A stretch of 64,000 nt of DNA. It comes from Octopus sinensis (Eukaryota). The notes beneath the pieces are model-generated. The model had not been told where the DNA came from. It saw nothing but the letters and a program-made list of their open reading frames with translations, and did not search any database. The first letter of the stretch is position 1; each line of letters begins with the position of its first letter. The DNA lies in NCBI RefSeq assembly GCF_006345805.1, contig NW_021833706.1:1-64000 (forward strand). Reading direction: 5' to 3'. Of this stretch, positions 1-12,179 are shown piece by piece. A program made the translations under genes and the position numbers.

Positions 1-168
1 ACAGAAGAAAGGGAAAGTTGTAGCGAAAGAGTACAGCAGAGATCACAACAACCCACTTCCTGAGACACGTGGAGCTTTAAACACACAAACCCCCAATCTG
101 GGAATCGAAACCGAGATCCTACAACCGTGAGTCCGCTGCCCTAAACACTGGGCCACTACGCCTCCATA
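1..168 (-). mobile_element. tRNA-derived SINE (head and body, cut by window edge)
   Basis: Minus strand begins with tRNA-like A box (TGGCCCAGTG) and B box (GTTTCGATTCC). Same element at the same position in other array units (18613-18906, 31974-32252, 54686-54938). Confidence 0.75.
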
Positions 169-171
169 CGG

Positions 172-210
172 ACATATATATATATATATTATATATATAT
201 ATATATATAT

Positions 211-290
<80 letters not shown>

Positions 291-331
291 TATATAATAT
301 ATATATATATATATAATTATATATATATATA
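172..331. repeat. (TA)n microsatellite, insertion site of the Penelope-like element
   Basis: Direct reading. TA tract resumes at 5712-5775 on the other side of the element. Confidence 0.95.
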
Positions 332-398
332 GGTCCCGCTTGATTCGGGGTTAACCACAGTAAGTAAGGTACTCAATACATAGCAGAGTAAAATTAAT

Positions 399-933
399 TT
401 ATTATATAGAAGGAGCTTCTACAGGACTAGTACTGTTTCATTCAAGAGAAATCTTCAGGAAGCTATTTAAAAGAATTGTATTAGCATTTATACATTTAGG
501 TAGGTTTAAGGAGTGGTGGTGGGGGACTTTTTGGGGGTAGGCATAGCGCAAAATATCATACTTGGGGGAGTGGTCAAGGAGTCAGTGGTAAGTTAGATGA
601 AAGAATAGATAAATAAAAAAATAAAAAAATAAAAAAATAAAAAAAAATAAAAAAATAAAATAATAAAATATAAAAAATAAAAAATTAAAAATAAAATAAA
701 AAAAAAAATAAAAAATAATAAAAATGCACACACAACACACCTAGTTCCCTATATACAATATTTACACCTATATATACACATACACCCACATACGCATATG
801 TACATACATATACATATATATACATATACACGCATACATATATATACATACATGTGTGCACATACATACACACACACACATACATACACATACACATACA
901 CATGTGTACCTATACATACCTACACACACACAC

Positions 934-964
<31 letters not shown>

Positions 965-1043
965 CAGTCCAATACAGACCCATTCCCTAATTTTAATTTT
1001 ATTGTCTTCATTTATTACTTTTGTTATCTTGGCTATGGCAGCA
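399..1043 (-). repeat. Left arm of ~650-bp inverted repeat (inverted pLTR)
   Basis: Reverse complement of 5053-5711, including the A-rich tract and the (TACA)-type microsatellite. Confidence 0.95.
414..464 (-). ncRNA. Type I hammerhead ribozyme motif
   Basis: Minus strand: stem I AGCUUC/GAAGCU, core CUGAAGA, stem II UUC-UCUU-GAA with a U.U base pair position, GAAA, stem III ACAG/CUGU, GUA cleavage triplet. Confidence 0.7.
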
Positions 1044-2741
1044 GACGACGCAGCGCTGACTGAAACCAACTTGGCCGGGAAAGAGATTGCCACCTCCCTT
1101 AAAATCGACGACCGAACAGAACCCCTGAGGGTGAAGTCCCACACTTCACCCTGAAAGACCACAAAGACCATTTCGAAAATAAACCGTCGGTCCGCTTGAT
1201 TAACCCAACCAGTCTGACATCGGATCCGTCAGCAAGAAGATCCTGGACAGGATTTTACCAAAATGCGTGAAGCTTCACCCCTTCCACTCTGGAATAGGAC
1301 CTCCGAGGCAATAACCTGGTTCCGGGATTTACCAGATAAAAGCAACACCCGATTCCTACAACTGGATATCGAGGATTACTACGCCTCTATATCGGAGAGC
1401 TTGCTGATCGATGCGATTAACTTCGCCAGGAGGTCCTCCACCATCACCGAGGCCGAGCAAGATGTGATCCTCCACGCACGTAAGACTTTTCTTTCTATGA
1501 CGGATCCCACTGGATCAACAAAAAATCTGTGACCCCCTTCGACGTCAGCATGGGTGCTAACGACTCTGCTGAAATAAGTGACCTAGTGGGCCTTTTCATC
1601 CTCCATAGGCTGAAAACCCTATTCACAGGCCTCTCCGGTGGTCTTTACCGAGATGACGGCCTTTTCGCCCTTCACAATATAAACCCCAGGACTACGGATG
1701 GGTTCCGGAAAAATCTTCACACCTTCTTTAAAAACTTAGGCCTTAGGATTACCCTAGAATCCAACTTAACAAAGGCTAACTTCCTAGATGTCACCCTCGA
1801 CTTAAAAACCTCACTTTATTACCCGTACCACAAACCAAATGAATCCCTTAGATATATAGATATCAATTCCAACCACCCCAGAAATATATAGATAACTAGT
1901 AAAAAGTGTCTCAATTAGAATCTCTAGCCTGTCCGCCACGGAAGATATCTTTAAGGCCGCAGCCCTATTACAACGAGGCCCTGGCCCGCAGTGGTTTTAA
2001 GATAAGATTACCTACACCAGTATAGCCCCACGCCAACCCAGGAAAAATAGACGAAGACACATTAGCTGGTACAACCCCCCCTTCAACCGTGAGGTCGCTA
2101 CACCTGTAGCTAAGATCTTTTTCACTCTCCTACAGAAACACTTCCCCACCAACATAAGTACTACACTATCCTAAATAAGAACACTATTAGACTCTCCTAC
2201 TCTACCACGCCCCAATCTAGCCAGGAACCTAGCCAACAACAATGTGAAAAAACTTAACATATCTACTTTCTCGGGGCCCATCCAACGTCCGATAGCAACT
2301 GCATTGCCATGATAAAACCACCGCCCCTTCAACAACAACTGCCTACAGAAGGACCTAGTATATAAATGCGAGGTAAGATCAGGCCTTGACGATTAAAGTA
2401 AATCCTACATTGGAATGACGTCAAACAGCTTTAAGACCCGCTGGTACGCACATACACACTCGTTCCGGCGACAGGATAAATCCAACCAAACTACCCTCGC
2501 CGCCCACATCTGGTACCTTAAAAGGAACTCAATCCCCTTCAAGACCAAGTGGAAACTACTACAGAAGGCGCGCTCGTACACAGGAGGACATACCTGCTGT
2601 GACCTATGCATATCAGAGAGCCTAGAGATCTTGTTCGCCAAAGGCCCTCTCCTTAACAAATTTTCAGAACACTCCCCAAATTGCATGCATAAGAAGTATG
2701 CGAACTACAAGAACTATAGACCTACCCGGCAACCTGATTGA
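1044..2741 (+). pseudogene. Penelope-like reverse transcriptase + GIY-YIG endonuclease, frameshifted and 5'-truncated
   Basis: ORF pieces FLQLDIEDYY, MGANDSAEISDL, YRDDG, FLDVTLDL, NSNHP, SYIGMTSNSFKTRW..H, C.LC..E..EI match PLE RT and GIY-YIG motifs; several frameshifts. Confidence 0.92.
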
Positions 2742-2823
2742 TGCAACCCCCCCCCTAACCCCCCCCCCCCCCCAACCCCACTGTTCCACTAGCACCCCCG
2801 ATTACCTTTTCTCCTAAGACCTT

Positions 2824-2978
2824 TCAAATATTATATGTGCACGCTTGTATATGTGTATCGTATGTAGGTATATATGTATAGAAATGCATGGGTACAGTAG
2901 GAATATACGCATGTATTATGTGTGTGTGTATGTATGTATGCATGTAAAAATATATATGTGTATATATTTGCATATATA

Positions 2979-3011
<33 letters not shown>

Positions 3012-3673
3012 TATAATATATGTTGTGCTTGTATGTGTGTGTGTGTGTATATGTGTATATGTGTTTGTTTGTATGTATATGTGTATATATGTATATGCAT
3101 ATGTATGTGTATATGTATGTGTTTATGTATGTGTATGTATAAAATATTATATAATTAGGGCTTAGTAAAATAAAATAAATTACTTTGCCACATACTAAAC
3201 TTTCTAGAAATAGCAGCCAATAAAGTTTTTTAGCCTCTTCCACTACTTAGAGAATTTTTTCCCTCTAACTTTGTTGACTCAAATTAATAATGGTCCCTTT
3301 ACATACTGAACACTTGATGTAATTGATTAATAACTAATTAACTTCACCCTCCCTTGTTGATAAATATATATGTGTGTGTATGTATATGTGTATATGTATG
3401 TATATATGTGTGTGTGTGTACGTGTATATGTATGTATTTGTATATATGTGTGTGTGTATATGTATGTGTGCGCGTGTATATGTATGTATACTTGTATACG
3501 TATATGCATGTATATGTATATATATATATATGTGTGCGTATATGTGTATTATGTATGTATTTATATAGATATGTAATTTATATATATGTATGTATATGCA
3601 TATGTCTGCGTGCGTGTATGTGTATATATGTGTACCATTATTGCGTATGTATGCATGTATATATGTATATGTA

Positions 3674-3721
<48 letters not shown>

Positions 3722-3834
3722 TATATATATATGTATATGTATGCGTATGTGTATGTACATGTATATGTATATATGTGTGTATGTGTATATATGTTTATAT
3801 ATGTGAGTATGTAGAGATATAAGTATATGCATGA

Positions 3835-3872
<38 letters not shown>

Positions 3873-4382
3873 GTATGGATATGTGTATCAGTGTATATGT
3901 GTATATGTATATATGTATGTGTGTGGGTATGTATATGTATGTATATGTGTATATATGTATGTGTATATGTGTATATATGTGTATGTATGTGTATGTGTAT
4001 GTATATGTATATGTGTATGTATGTGTATGTATGTATGTATATATATATATGTATATATATATAATATATATATATATTAGTGTATGTATATATATATATA
4101 TATATATGAGTGCGTGGGTGTGTATGTAGGCATATGTATGTATGCATGTTATGTGTATGTATATATATGTGTGTAAGTGTGTGCATATATGTATATGTAA
4201 GTATGTGTGCGGTATGAGTATGTATGTATGCTTGCACACGTGTATATATAAGTGTGGGTGTATATATTGGATGCGTGTGTGTGTGTGCACGTGTATGGGT
4301 ACGTATGTATGTGTGTATGTGCGTGTATGTGTATACGTGTATGTATGTATGTGTGTGCGTATATTTGTATATGTAGGTGTGA

Positions 4383-4436
<54 letters not shown>

Positions 4437-4566
4437 AGATGGGTGTGTGTATGCGTATAAATGCATGTAAGTATGGATGTATGGATGTATGTATGTATGT
4501 ATACGTATGTATGTGTGTATGTGTGTATGTATATATATATGTGTGTGTATATATGTTTGTGTATGT

Positions 4567-4597
<31 letters not shown>

Positions 4598-4664
4598 TAT
4601 GTATGTGTGTGTATGTGTGTGTGTGTATGTGTATGTATGTATATATATATGTATGTATGTATAC

Positions 4665-4696
<32 letters not shown>

Positions 4697-4783
4697 GTGT
4701 GTATGTGTATGTATGTATATATATATATATATATATAGGTATGTATCTGTATGTAGGAGTATATATATATGTGTGTGTGTGTA

Positions 4784-4830
<47 letters not shown>

Positions 4831-4850
4831 TTATTGTTGTATATGTATAG
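2824..4850. repeat. Compound (TA)/(TG)/(TATG) microsatellite array inside the PLE 3' region
   Basis: Direct reading, interrupted by a unique block at about 3140-3365. Confidence 0.9.
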
Positions 4851-5052
4851 ACTAGCCTCCTAAAGTGTAGACACGAATCTGTAGGTACGAGTACGTATGT
4901 GTATATACGTGAACGTATGTAGATATTTGTAGGTATGAATATTACGCGTGCGTATGTGTATGTGTATGAGTGTACGAATGGGTGAATGTACGTGCTAACG
5001 AGTGTGCGTGCGGGAATGAGTACTTGCCTTCTAGTAGACAGACAAATGGACA

Positions 5053-5131
5053 TGCTGCCATAGCCAAGATAACAAAAGTAATAAATGAAGACAATAAAAT
5101 TAAAATTAGGGAATGGGTCTGTATTGGACTG

Positions 5132-5162
<31 letters not shown>

Positions 5163-5711
5163 GTGTGTGTGTGTAGGTATGTATAGGTACACATGTGTAT
5201 GTGTATGTGTATGTATGTGTGTGTGTGTATGTATGTGCACACATGTATGTATATATATGTATGCGTGTATATGTATATATATATATGTATATGTATGTAC
5301 ATATGCGTATGTGGGTGTATGTGTATATATAGGTGTAAATATGTGTATATAGGGAACTAGGTGTGTTGTGTGTGCATTTTTATTATTTTTTTATTTTTTT
5401 ATTATTTTATTTTTTTATTTTTTTATTTTTTTATATTTTATTATTTTATTTTTTTATTATTTTTTTATTTTTTTATTTTTTTATATTTTTTTTATTTATC
5501 TATTCTTTCATCTAACTTACCACTGACTCCTTGACCACTCCCCCAAGTATGATATTTTGCGCTATGCCTACCCCCAAAAAGTCCCCCACCACCACTCCTT
5601 TAAACCTACCTAAATGTATAAATGCTAATACAATTCTTGTTAAATAGCTTCCTGAAGATTTCTCTTGAATGAAACAGTACTAGTCCTGTAGAAGCTCCTT
5701 CTATATAATAA
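5053..5711 (+). repeat. Right arm of inverted repeat (PLE 3' end / pLTR)
   Basis: Reverse complement of 399-1043. Confidence 0.95.
5646..5696 (+). ncRNA. Type I hammerhead ribozyme motif
   Basis: AGCTTC 5646-51 / GAAGCT 5691-96; CTGAAGA 5652-58; GAAA 5671-74; ACAG/CTGT stem III with ACTAGT palindrome in loop; predicted cleavage after A5690. Confidence 0.7.
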
Positions 5712-5722
5712 TATATATATAT

Positions 5723-5773
<51 letters not shown>

Positions 5774-6085
5774 AATACATATCAATGTATAGGTATACAC
5801 GTATACTCAAGCATACACACCATAAATATCACAAATATACGTATCTACTTATACGCATACACACACACAAACGCACACATATATGTGAGTGGACATACAC
5901 TGTATAGTGTGATTGTTCGTGTACAATTGAGCACGTGTGTCTGTGTGCGTGCGTATGTGTGTGTGTTTGTGTTTATTTGGGCGTGTGTTTGTCCGTGTGT
6001 CTGTGTGTATGTATTTACATTCGTTCTTACATATTGTCATATATAAAAACCAACGTGAATTACAGTCAAACGTTACGAAATTCAC

Positions 6086-6162
6086 CGATCTACATTGGCA
6101 CTCGCACGTTTTATTTTCAGTTGGAAAGAAAAGATTCAAAAAAACTCGCCTCACTTCCGTTC
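6086..6162 (-). CDS. Candidate internal exon, copy A (GTEVRRVFLNLFFPTENKTCECQCRS)
   Basis: Acceptor tttctctccatcag, donor GTGAAT, 77 nt, single open frame with a CxCxC motif. Phase (1 to 0) does not join directly to exon 1 or the RWGR exon. Confidence 0.5.
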
Positions 6163-6525
6163 CTGATGGAGAGAAATAGATAAATGTGTGTAAATATGTA
6201 CGTATTCCTATGTGTGTGTGTGTGTGTATGTTTGCATGTGTCTGTTTCTGTGCGTGTGTGTAAGTGTTCGTCTAGATATAATACTTAACACTAATATTAA
6301 TAGGGCTAAAAGTTGCAGCGACAGGGCATGGCCATGCTAGAACCCCACCATTACATTATGTCTGGTGGAAGAGCGATCGGACAGGAGTACAATTCCACCC
6401 TCTTTGTGTTTAATTGGGATGTGTGTATGTATGTATATATGGATATAGTTATATAAATATATGTATCCATATACATATTATATATATATTATATATATAT
6501 ATATATATATGGATAGATAGATAGA

Positions 6526-6556
<31 letters not shown>

Positions 6557-6744
6557 AGATAGATATGTAGATAAATAGATTGATAGATAGATATGTATGT
6601 ATGTACATACATACGTAACTATAAACGTGTGTATGTATATATGATATGTATATATATATATATATATAGATGTAAGTGTGTGTGTGTGTGTATAGCACAC
6701 ATAGTGTGTATGTATCTATGTTTTATGTATGTGTCTGTTATTGT

Positions 6745-6925
6745 CGCACCACTATCGATTCTCAACTGATGTCGGTGTGTTTACGTCCCCGTTACATAGT
6801 GGTTCGGCTAGAGATACCGATAGAATGAGCACTAGGCTTACAAAGAATAATTCCTGATGTCGATTTGTCCTACTAAACGCAGTGCTCTAGCATGGCCGCA
6901 GTCAAATGACTGAAACGGGTAAAAG
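6745..6925 (+). mobile_element. SINE 3' fragment (common octopus-type repeat)
   Basis: Recognised motif ...ctagcatggccgcagtcaaatgactgaaac.... Present at the equivalent site in units at about 20170, 34090 and 56725. Confidence 0.65.
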
Positions 6926-6942
6926 ACTGTATTTATATACAA

Positions 6943-6995
<53 letters not shown>

Positions 6996-7015
6996 TACAT
7001 ATATATATATAGATA

Positions 7016-7241
7016 GGCGGCGAGCTGGCAGAAACGTTAGCATGCCGGGCGAAATGCTTAGCGGTATTTTGTCTGCCGCTACGTTCTGAGTTCAAATTCC
7101 GCCGAGGTCGACTTTGCCTTTCATCCTTTCGGGGTCGATAAATTAAGTACCAGTTCACTGGGGTCGATGTAATCGACTTAATCCGTTTGTCTGTCCTTAT
7201 TTGTCCCGTCTGTGTTTAGCCCCTTGTGGGTAGTAAAGAAA
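7016..7241 (+). mobile_element. tRNA-derived SINE with MetaSINE-like core, unit-A-specific insertion
   Basis: B box GAGTTCAAATTCC, core gcctttcatcctttcggggtcgataaattaagtaccag. Absent at the equivalent site in units B, C and E. Confidence 0.75.
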
Positions 7242-7676
7242 TATATATATATATAGATAAATAGAGAGAGAGATGTATAGACAGAGAGATACAGTGATAG
7301 ATACACACACGCATATATTTGTTTGTATATATATATCTATATATGTTCATGCACTATATATATGAATATATATGTATATTTATATATACATATTTATGTA
7401 TATTATATATACAAATATACGTATATGAATATATATGTATGTTTAGGTGTGTGCGCCTGTGTGTTCGTGTGTGATTACATGTGTGATCTTATGTGTGTGT
7501 GTGTGCTCAATAGGAACATATGTACGTGATTCATGCATACATCCTTACATCCATCCATCCATCGGTACGTACATACATCCACATATTAATACATACATAC
7601 GTAAATGCATACATACATACATGCATATATAAATACATAAAGACATACATATATTAACACAAAATCCATGACTTAC

Positions 7677-7820
7677 CGTTTTCGATTTCTCTTCCATTTT
7701 TCCTATTCTTGAATCTTGATGAAGAATCACGATCGTCAGAACGAGAAGAACCCCAAAAGCTATGAGAGAAGAAATGGAATAACGCTGCGAAATATTCCTG
7801 GACAGTTGTGCGAAATCCAT
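7677..7820 (-). CDS. First coding exon, copy A: signal-anchor/TM segment (48 aa)
   Basis: ATG preceded by an in-frame stop; hydrophobic LIAFGVLLVLTIVIL; donor GTAAGT at 7676-7671 (phase 0); upstream acceptor at 7901-7902. Confidence 0.75.
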
Positions 7821-8231
7821 TCTGGTGACAGTTGTCGGTCGTACGTGATACTTCGTGTGGCTTCAACAAAAGATCGAGATGCGAGGTTTAAGCTGAAGAC
7901 CTGTAACTGAATTCCTCGTATTTATGAGCGAACAACAACCCAGCTCTGGCATAGATCTATCGTAAATTTATGAACCAATGCGATTGGTGGAACTGTAAAA
8001 GCGGGTGTGAACTTGTCTGACAGGTTTAATTATTGGAAAGAGATGGGTTGATATTGTCACACAATAATTAGCAAAATATTTTGATGAATGAGAGACACGT
8101 GTAAAGTGAAATGATTCCTGTTTCTGGATATATTATGATATATTTATTTACTAATGTTGTTATTTAATTTTCTTTGTTATTCTTGGGAAACTGTTTTAAT
8201 ATTCAGTGTGGGAAGTATTTCGTTCAACAGA

Positions 8232-8789
8232 CAAATACACAGACACACACACACACACTGACAAAAACACACACACTGACACCACACACACACACTGACA
8301 CACAACAAACACACGTACACTCACACACACATACAAACCCTACTCAAACACACACATACAAACATTGACACACACACACGTACACACTGACATACATACA
8401 CACACCACACACTGACACACACAAACACACTTATATACACAGACACACACACACACACTGACACGCACTAACATACACATACACAAAAACTGACCACACA
8501 TACACACAGACAAACACACACACACTGACACACACACTGAGACACACACACATTGACACACACGTACTGACACACACACACACACTGACACACACTGACA
8601 CACACAACACACACTGACACATACACACACGTACATGCTGACACACAGACTGACACACACACGCACACACAAAACTGACATACACACACAAACACATACA
8701 CACTCACACACATACACACACACACACAACCACACACACAAACACACACATAGTGACACACACACACACACATATACACACACATAGTG

Positions 8790-8830
<41 letters not shown>

Positions 8831-8880
8831 CAATCACACACACACAATCACACACACTGACACACACACACACACACAGA
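8232..8880. repeat. Degenerate (CA)n / (CACACTGA)n tract
   Basis: Direct reading. Equivalents at about 21605-22385, 35315-36015, 42190-42562 and 57917-58567. Confidence 0.9.
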
Positions 8881-9023
8881 AGGAAAGATGCGGGCCCGTA
8901 CGAGCGACCGCAGTTACTGTTGGGCACAAGGTTGAAGTCAACTCCTCTAGCGAAGAATTATCAAAGAGAATACCGCAGGGAGGTAACTCACGACAGACTC
9001 CAGCCTGGCGCTCTAATGGCGTC

Positions 9024-9300
9024 ACTTACTCGTTGTTGTTGACTATGTTTAAGTTAAAGCTATGGCTTTAAGTTTGTCCAGATATTCCCTCTTCGGTATT
9101 TTCTTTTGATAACGGTTGAACTGGAACCCGATAGGGAGCAACACTGGACTGATATGCTGTTTTTGCAGCTTTTTGCACTGAATTATGTCTTTAGAGTTTG
9201 AAATATGCCATTAGAACATTTTAACGAACCTAAAAATTGCTTATGCCTAATACTGAGCGCTAATACTGTTCACTGGAAACGCCATGTTGAATGTTTCCAT
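9024..9300 (-). promoter_or_regulatory. Putative non-coding first exon and promoter region of copy A
   Basis: Donor GTAAGT at 9029-9024, conserved at 22538-43, 36168-73 and 58718-23, upstream of the acceptor at 7901. No transcript evidence. Confidence 0.35.
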
Positions 9301-10261
9301 ATATTCATTTGTCAATTTGCATTTCGTACTTTCATATTACTTAATTATTATTCTTTTTCTTTAGCTTTTTCACAATTGAGCATTCTTATGGCACGCAATT
9401 AATCGGACAAAAAACGTGCTGCCACCCACAGATCCCTCTTTCCACGGATACCTTCGTTTATGTGGCAGCCATTCTACAAACTCCCACATACAAGGAGCAA
9501 TCATGCTGGGTAGAGTGTGAAAGACTCAACATGTTGCACTGATTCCACCTAATGTATATTTTATAAGTGGTGTTCCTTTCCTTACTAAGTCGTTTATGTG
9601 TGTTACAGTTATTGTATTCATGTATCTCGAAGCAAGTTCCTCTTCTGCGAGTTTGATAGTTTTATGTTACAGATGGAGATAATTTGTTGAACTCGATGTT
9701 TTGTGGTGTTGCTGTAGATTCGGTTGATGCTGTTCCTGAAGTCTACTCATATTTCTTGGTGGTTCATATTTTATTTTGGCTCATCAGTTTTCAGGGAACG
9801 ATGAGAGGCTGCGTGTGTAATGTGATGCAAGGCTATGTTGTGTGTGATTTTGTAGAAGAGTGGGAATATGTGAATGTAGGTTGAAAATAGTTAATCGTGG
9901 GACGTGTACTGGTACCCTTTTCGAAAGCGTTTCGTGAAAATTTCAATGTGTTAGTAACCTGACAACTCGTTAGGTAGTCAACATTTTGTGGTATTTCTTC
10001 AGTGGATATCAAATATCCTTCATTAGGTAATATCCGCGATTGGATTGCAGAGATTTCATCGCATCGATTGTAGTTACAATGATGCGTATGGGAGTAAATT
10101 TTTTATTAACCCATCATGATTTAGTGATGTTAGTTATAAGCTTTTTTCGTGTTTTCTGAAGATTGATCATGAAAGGGTGATATATTTGTACGGAGGTGTT
10201 TCATTTGGGGATTGTTTTCATTTTAAGACGGAATACAACACACATTTAATCGAATCATCAT

Positions 10262-10267
10262 TTTATT
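10262..10267 (-). terminator. Candidate polyadenylation signal (AATAAA), copy B
   Basis: About 265 nt past the stop. Retained in D (37411), F (59951) and in the otherwise diverged flank of E (47489). Confidence 0.35.
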
Positions 10268-10529
10268 TCAACTTTGAAATTTGATAAACTGAACCTCATA
10301 CAATGTATTCTAGAATCATTCCCTGAGGATTACATCGTTCTGTTAAGCTATTTGTCACATTCTATGACGTCTCTGTTGTTTCGTTTTGAATATTTTCTGA
10401 AAACTTGTAGCAGCAATTTATTTAACGATATATATTAGTCGTATAAAATTTTGCGAAACACAATTACAAGAAACGTATATGTTGCTTTATTATATTATAT
10501 TTTATGATTCGCCGAATGTAAATTTCTAT

Positions 10530-11027
10530 TCAATATTTACTGCACACAACGCAGGTTAATTCTCGACCATTGACATACGGTGGACATGGCAATGAACCAC
10601 AAGCAGCCTGAACGAAATATAATAGAGCTCCGTCTTCGTTACTGTAACCCGCTGGATCAGCTTCTGGTGCGTAGTCCACACAACATATTAAAGTCTGCCC
10701 TTATGATCATGACGCGCGGTCATCAAATATCCTGAAAATTCAATCGTCCAACCAGGGTAACAGCGTGTCCTAGCTGGTAAAAATCATTACAACAGCAGGT
10801 TGTCGTGTCAAACAGACAGCGCACGGAACGTTGTGTTCATAAATTGATTCAGCGTTAGCAAAAAGAAAGAGTTTATTAGTTGGGTATAATTCGAATTGAT
10901 ATTCACTGCCATAAATGTAACCACATTTTTCTACTTCTGTCGTATAATTGGCCCAAATGGGATCGTTAGGTAACACAAGAGATTACTACCGCCACCTGTG
11001 TGGTCAAAGAATTGTCCACCACCACAC
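10530..11027 (-). pseudogene. Last exon, copy B: short-chain collagen C4/NC1-like domain, disrupted
   Basis: GGGSNLLCLPNDP..VPCAVC..GYLM..CGSLPCPPY..TCVVCSKY motifs. Acceptor AG>AT, GAA>TAA nonsense change and several 1-nt indels. Confidence 0.88.
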
Positions 11028-11257
11028 ATAGAATTGGTAAGAATAAATCAAATAAAAAAAGATGTAAGCAAAATTATATATGAAATAACGGAAACATTCA
11101 TTACAATTTGACCCTTAAAGAAGTCGTTTAGCCACGTGTGAACGAATTGTGGTGTATATGTTAGTGTTATATGAGTGTAAGCTGTGTGTTGGTGTATGCT
11201 TGAGATCATAGCTGTGCATTTGCATTCTCTTCATATATATATATATATATATCGAAG

Positions 11258-12179
11258 TAAGCAACAAGGATATCCAGAGATAATGCAGTACGATTGTTTC
11301 ATGCAACTCCATTTAATTGAACAATACAATCATTACATCAATTTAAAATATAGAGGAATCTTCAGCTGCACAAATACATAGGATTTAATTCAATTAAAAC
11401 AGATTGACAAATTAGTATAATTATACCCAAATCTCCAAGAAGTTAAGGAGATACACAAAGAACATGTTGTCTCTACTTCAGCATAGTAGTTAATAAAATT
11501 ATCAAAAAATTTATGAATACTTATGAATATAAAAAATATTCAACAATTTCTATCCTTTGTTATATATTCTTCTAAATAATTCTTTGGAAACCCTAAACTT
11601 CAACTGTATTCATAGCAACATTGTTTAAAATATTTTAACTATAATAATGATAAGACCTTCCGTTTCATTGTCAATTGTCTGCCAGTGTGCGACCCCCTTA
11701 ATTATCAGCTAACACCTTGTTTTAAGTTTTCCCTTACTAAATCTCATAGTATTGCTTATAATAATTCTTGAATTTTTATGACTATATACCAACTAGAATG
11801 TCTATCTACTGCCTGAGCCCTCCCCCTAACAGATACTGCCCTATGTTCTCTCAGGCTTAGATATACAAAGGATTTGTAAATTAGTCTATAAATTAAAACT
11901 GACCCCATAAAGACAAAAATCAGTGGTAAGTTGAGTCTTCTTTATAATTTTTAGTAACTGCTATGCTGAAGTAGAGACAACATGTTCTATGTAATATTTG
12001 GAGATTTTAAGTATAATATACAAATGTGTCCATCTGTTGAATTCAATTAAATCCAACGTATTTTGCAGCTGAAAATTGCTCTAAATTTTAAACTGATGTA
12101 ATGATTGCATTGTTCAATTAAATGGAGTTGCATGATGAAACGAACGTACTGCATTATCTCTGGATATCATCGTTGCTTA
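11258..12179. mobile_element. MITE-like foldback element with ~250-bp terminal inverted repeats
   Basis: 11258-~11505 is the imperfect reverse complement of ~11941-12179; no coding capacity. Confidence 0.8.

Larger units (their letters stand above)
332..5711 (+). mobile_element. 5'-truncated Penelope-like retroelement (PLE) with inverted pseudo-LTR, in an intron of gene copy A
   Basis: RT plus GIY-YIG coding remnants at 1044-2741, inverted repeat 399-1043 / 5053-5711, hammerhead motifs in both arms, (TA)n on both flanks. Confidence 0.85.

Noticed and set aside
1-7241. tRNA-like A/B boxes
   Set aside because: They are SINE heads; no complete cloverleaf.
7654-7869. Alternative-frame ORF MLKPHEV...ENG over exon 1, which would give a phase 1 donor
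   Set aside because: Starts at TTG, has an in-frame stop just inside the exon and no ATG; the overlapping MDFAQ frame has the ATG and TM segment.
9400-10200. Ser/Thr-rich reading on the minus strand (e.g. ORFs 23301-23552 and 36931-37188)
   Set aside because: Multiple stops and frame changes in every unit, and no recognisable domain.
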